64,000 bases of DNA from an uncultured Candidatus Saccharibacteria bacterium (GTDB taxonomy: Bacteria; Patescibacteriota; Saccharimonadia; Saccharimonadales; Saccharimonadaceae), in the NCBI GenBank assembly GCA_963553085.1, contig CAUVLR010000001.1, forward strand, positions 5,342-69,341, given 5' to 3'. Made by a program: the position numbers and the translations under genes. Shown here one piece after another: positions 61,539 through 64,000 of this stretch (within the stretch, counting starts at the first letter, position 1; each line of letters starts with the position of its first letter). The notes below the pieces were generated by a model. It was not told where the DNA came from and ran no database searches. It was given only the letters and a program-made list of their open reading frames with translations.

Positions 61539-62453
61539 CTAATCTTTCAGGGTCTTCTTATATAGATAGCTGCTCAGACTGGAGAACGAACTCGAGTAGT
61601 TAGCGTCTCTCAGTGACGACACCATCTTGATCACTGACGATCTGACCACTGAGTCAGCTTTGGTGAGTTTACTAAATGATTTACTGAAGTCGCTATAATT
61701 GACCTTCTCGCCATTAGCTAGCTTCTTGTAGTAATCCGCATAAGCTTGGGCTGCCTCAGCCAGCTCTTTCACGCCGTCCGCCAGCTCTTGATCACCTTTA
61801 ATCTTGGCATCCTTAGCTATTGAAACCACCTGCTGGTAGTTATTGGAGCGCTCCCTATAGTAAGCATCGGTACCCGCACTCGCCTTGATATTGTAGGGTT
61901 TGCGCATAGCGATGTAGATGGGGACTACTTCGTTCATCTTGTCCATCACCTCTTTCGTCTTGCCGGAGTACTTGTCAAACTCACCCTTAAACTTGTCAAA
62001 TTTCTCTTTACTATCCTTGTCTTTCTCGATAGCTTTCATCTTGCCCAGCTCGGCGATGGCTTTATCGACGCTCTTTATCTGGCTCTTGGCCTTGTCAACC
62101 ATCTGGTGATACTTGTCAGCCGTCAGATCAGAGCTACCGGACAACGATATACCCTTATTATCGTCGATCTTCTCCTTGATATTATTTAGAGCATCATAAG
62201 CCTCGCTATAGTCTTTGGTGGTGACTTTATTTAAGTTAATGAAAACGATCACTCCAACTACCACCAGGATCAGCACCACTACCGCCGAAACGATGCCGAT
62301 GATCAGCTTCTTATTGGACTTGCCTGATTTCTTAGGCTCATTACTCACCTTGTCCTCATCAAACGGTGAGACAGGCTTGTTTTTGCTGACCTTGTCTGAC
62401 GAAGCTTTATTCTTACTCGTTTGGCTATCAAACGGGTTTACACTCTCGCTCAT
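61539..62453 (-). CDS. Membrane-anchored Lys-rich hypothetical protein
   Basis: 304 aa, one TM segment after a disordered N-terminus. Confidence 0.4.
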   Translation of the reverse strand: MSESVNPFDSQTSKNKASSDKVSKNKPVSPFDEDKVSNEPKKSGKSNKKLIIGIVSAVVVLILVVVGVIVFINLNKVTTKDYSEAYDALNNIKEKIDDNKGISLSGSSDLTADKYHQMVDKAKSQIKSVDKAIAELGKMKAIEKDKDSKEKFDKFKGEFDKYSGKTKEVMDKMNEVVPIYIAMRKPYNIKASAGTDAYYRERSNNYQQVVSIAKDAKIKGDQELADGVKELAEAAQAYADYYKKLANGEKVNYSDFSKSFSKLTKADSVVRSSVIKMVSSLRDANYSSSFSSLSSYLYKKTLKD

Positions 62454-62643
62454 TAAATCTACCTCCTTTTTCTATAATCATCATAGCATAACCAAGCATG
62501 ACTCGGCGAAGCCACCGCCTTTCCCATAGTTAAGACTACTTGCCGGCTAGTCGTTAGCCCATAAGTCAGATTACCCACCTCATAGATCCATCAATGGCTC
62601 CGGCTGGAATGAGAGTTAAATTATACATTACCGGGTCGTATCC

Positions 62644-62739
62644 TCTACTATAAAGCTACTATAAAATTTTTTAGGACTAAAACAGACTAGCTCACATCTG
62701 TAAAATCAGTCTACTATAAAGCTACTATAAAGTTTTTAT
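62644..62739 (+). repeat. Two ~29-nt direct repeats 66 bp apart, each an internal tandem of CTACTATAAA
   Basis: TCTACTATAAAGCTACTATAAAATTTTTT (62644) and TCTACTATAAAGCTACTATAAAGTTTTTA (62710). Confidence 0.6.
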
Positions 62740-62755
62740 GCTTAGAAAGGGCTCT

Positions 62756-63538
62756 CTAATGTCTGTAATTCTTAGTCTTTAGGTATGCCTTAGTGAATTG
62801 TCGACGCCAAGCCCTCGGTCCATGCGTCAAGCACCAGATGATTAGTCGCCAATGCCGAGTCGGTACCACCAGGCTTTTGCTCCGCTGCACCGCCCGCAGC
62901 GTCTCGCTGACCACTCGCTCCGGTCGGACATAGAGCCATTCAGGAATCGCCGGCTCTGCCAGCCCCGCTACGCTATGGAAGTTGGTATGCATCCAGGCCG
63001 GACAGACGGCTGTGGCCGTCACCCCCGTCCCTTCTAATTCCAGCGCCAGGCTCTGAGTATAAGTCAGTACGTAGCTCTTGATTGCCGAGTAGTTCCCGGT
63101 ATAAGTCCAAGCTGCCGTGCTGGCGATATTGACGATATGCCCCCGCCCCGCCTTGACCATTGGTCGGACAGCGGCTGAGCTAAAGAGTAGCGTATTAAGT
63201 GCCATGACATTGACGGCGTTTCGTTGCAAGCGACGTATCCGCTCACCGCCGTCTCCGGCTCGGAAGTGAGTAGCAAAGCCGGCGTTATTGATGAGGTAAA
63301 AAAGATCCTTGGTCTTACTGATGACTTTGGCGATGATCTCGGCATTATCCGGATCGGCCAGGTCAATAGCGATCGGCTCAGCTGCGACATGATAACGCCC
63401 GGCCAGGTCACGACAGACCTGTTTGAGCCTAGCCTTATCCCGAGCGATCAAGATCAGATCCAGCCCCCGCTCAGCTAGCGCTTCAGCGAAGAGCAGCCCC
63501 AGCCCGGTACTACCGCCCGTGATTATCGCTGTTGCCAC
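62756..63538 (-). CDS. Short-chain dehydrogenase/reductase family oxidoreductase
   Basis: TGGSTGLG cofactor motif, NNAG, and the YSAIK catalytic motif. Confidence 0.85.
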   Translation of the reverse strand: MATAIITGGSTGLGLLFAEALAERGLDLILIARDKARLKQVCRDLAGRYHVAAEPIAIDLADPDNAEIIAKVISKTKDLFYLINNAGFATHFRAGDGGERIRRLQRNAVNVMALNTLLFSSAAVRPMVKAGRGHIVNIASTAAWTYTGNYSAIKSYVLTYTQSLALELEGTGVTATAVCPAWMHTNFHSVAGLAEPAIPEWLYVRPERVVSETLRAVQRSKSLVVPTRHWRLIIWCLTHGPRAWRRQFTKAYLKTKNYRH

Positions 63539-63554
63539 CCTTCACTCCTTCCGC

Positions 63555-64000
63555 TCAAATATCCTGTTTGACGCCTAGCATGGTCAAGCTGAGACGGCCC
63601 TTATCGTCTATCAGCATTAGCTTGACCCTCACTTTCTGACCGACCTTTAGGACCTCGTCAGGGCTGCTAATCCGACGTTCAGCGATCTTACTGACATGGA
63701 GCATGCCATCCACTCCGGGCAAGATATTGATAAATGCGCCAAAGTCCTTCAAGCTAACTACCGTGCCGGTATAGACCTTGCCGACTTCTGGCTCTTCAAC
63801 CAGTCCCTTGACCCAATCAATCGCCCGCTGCATCTTCTCGCTATCGGTACTGGCAAAGGTGACCAGTCCGCTCTCATCAATATCTATCTCGACGCCGGTC
63901 TCGCTGGTGATCTTATTGATCGTTTCACCGCCCTTGCCGATGATTGAGCCGATCTTGTCGGGATTAACCAGTAGCTTCTCGATTCTCGGTGCATAGGGCG
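63555..64000 (-). CDS. pnp: Polyribonucleotide nucleotidyltransferase, C-terminal KH and S1 domains (partial; continues beyond the window)
   Basis: The frame is open to the window edge: ...APRIEKLLVNPDKIGSIIGKGGETINKITSETGVEIDI... (KH) then VGKVYTGTVVSLKDFGAFINILPGVDGMLHVSKI (S1). Confidence 0.9.
   Translation of the reverse strand, partial: PYAPRIEKLLVNPDKIGSIIGKGGETINKITSETGVEIDIDESGLVTFASTDSEKMQRAIDWVKGLVEEPEVGKVYTGTVVSLKDFGAFINILPGVDGMLHVSKIAERRISSPDEVLKVGQKVRVKLMLIDDKGRLSLTMLGVKQDI

Noticed and set aside
62755-62775. Similarity of the SDR gene 3' end (ATGTCTGTAATTCTTAGTCT) to the elA 5' terminus (ATGTCTGTAATTT..CTTAGTCT)
   Set aside because: The match is about 17 nt and requires a 14-nt gap. 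No arms or other elA parts follow, so it could be chance or a very old remnant.

Overview
This 64-kb window looks like part of a streamlined bacterial genome. The gene content suggests a CPR/Saccharibacteria-like organism, but that is inference only. About 60 protein genes and 5 tRNAs can be supported.

Housekeeping genes: rpmB, miaA, thrS, polA, rpoD, rpsT, holA, ychF, tlyA, efp, rpsR-ssb-rpsF, ftsK, RNase J, fpg, a family-4 UDG, and a partial pnp at the right edge.

Pilus genes: a complete type IV pilus block (pilM-N-O, pilB, pilT, pilC, pilA, pilD) at 37.9-46.6 kb, and a separate minor-pilin operon at 19.6-26.9 kb that starts with a 1036-aa protein.

Other genes: a processive GT2 glycosyltransferase, a Xer recombinase, and two toxin-antitoxin modules (XRE-Panacea antitoxin plus an unassigned toxin, and MazEF).

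Two signals are not explained by the genes:
1. A family of nested, highly structured intergenic repeats occurs at five loci and covers about 3 kb, roughly 5% of the window. The parts are named here arm, hpB, elA, modI and palC. Compensatory and G.U-type substitutions point to a folded RNA or single-stranded structure. No transposase, reverse transcriptase or cas gene is present in the window.
2. A secreted RCC1-like propeller module ending in a conserved P-N-T-G motif occurs once in a 516-aa protein and three times in tandem in a 1516-aa protein.

Smaller observations: many genes have a TGnTATAAT box 6-9 nt before the start codon, which looks leaderless. Phased direct repeats sit upstream of an AAA/DUF4143 ATPase gene and of a decayed ATPase remnant. 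Two short transcription units with near-consensus promoters have no recognisable product.

All assignments come from reading the translated ORFs and the nucleotide sequence. No database search was run.
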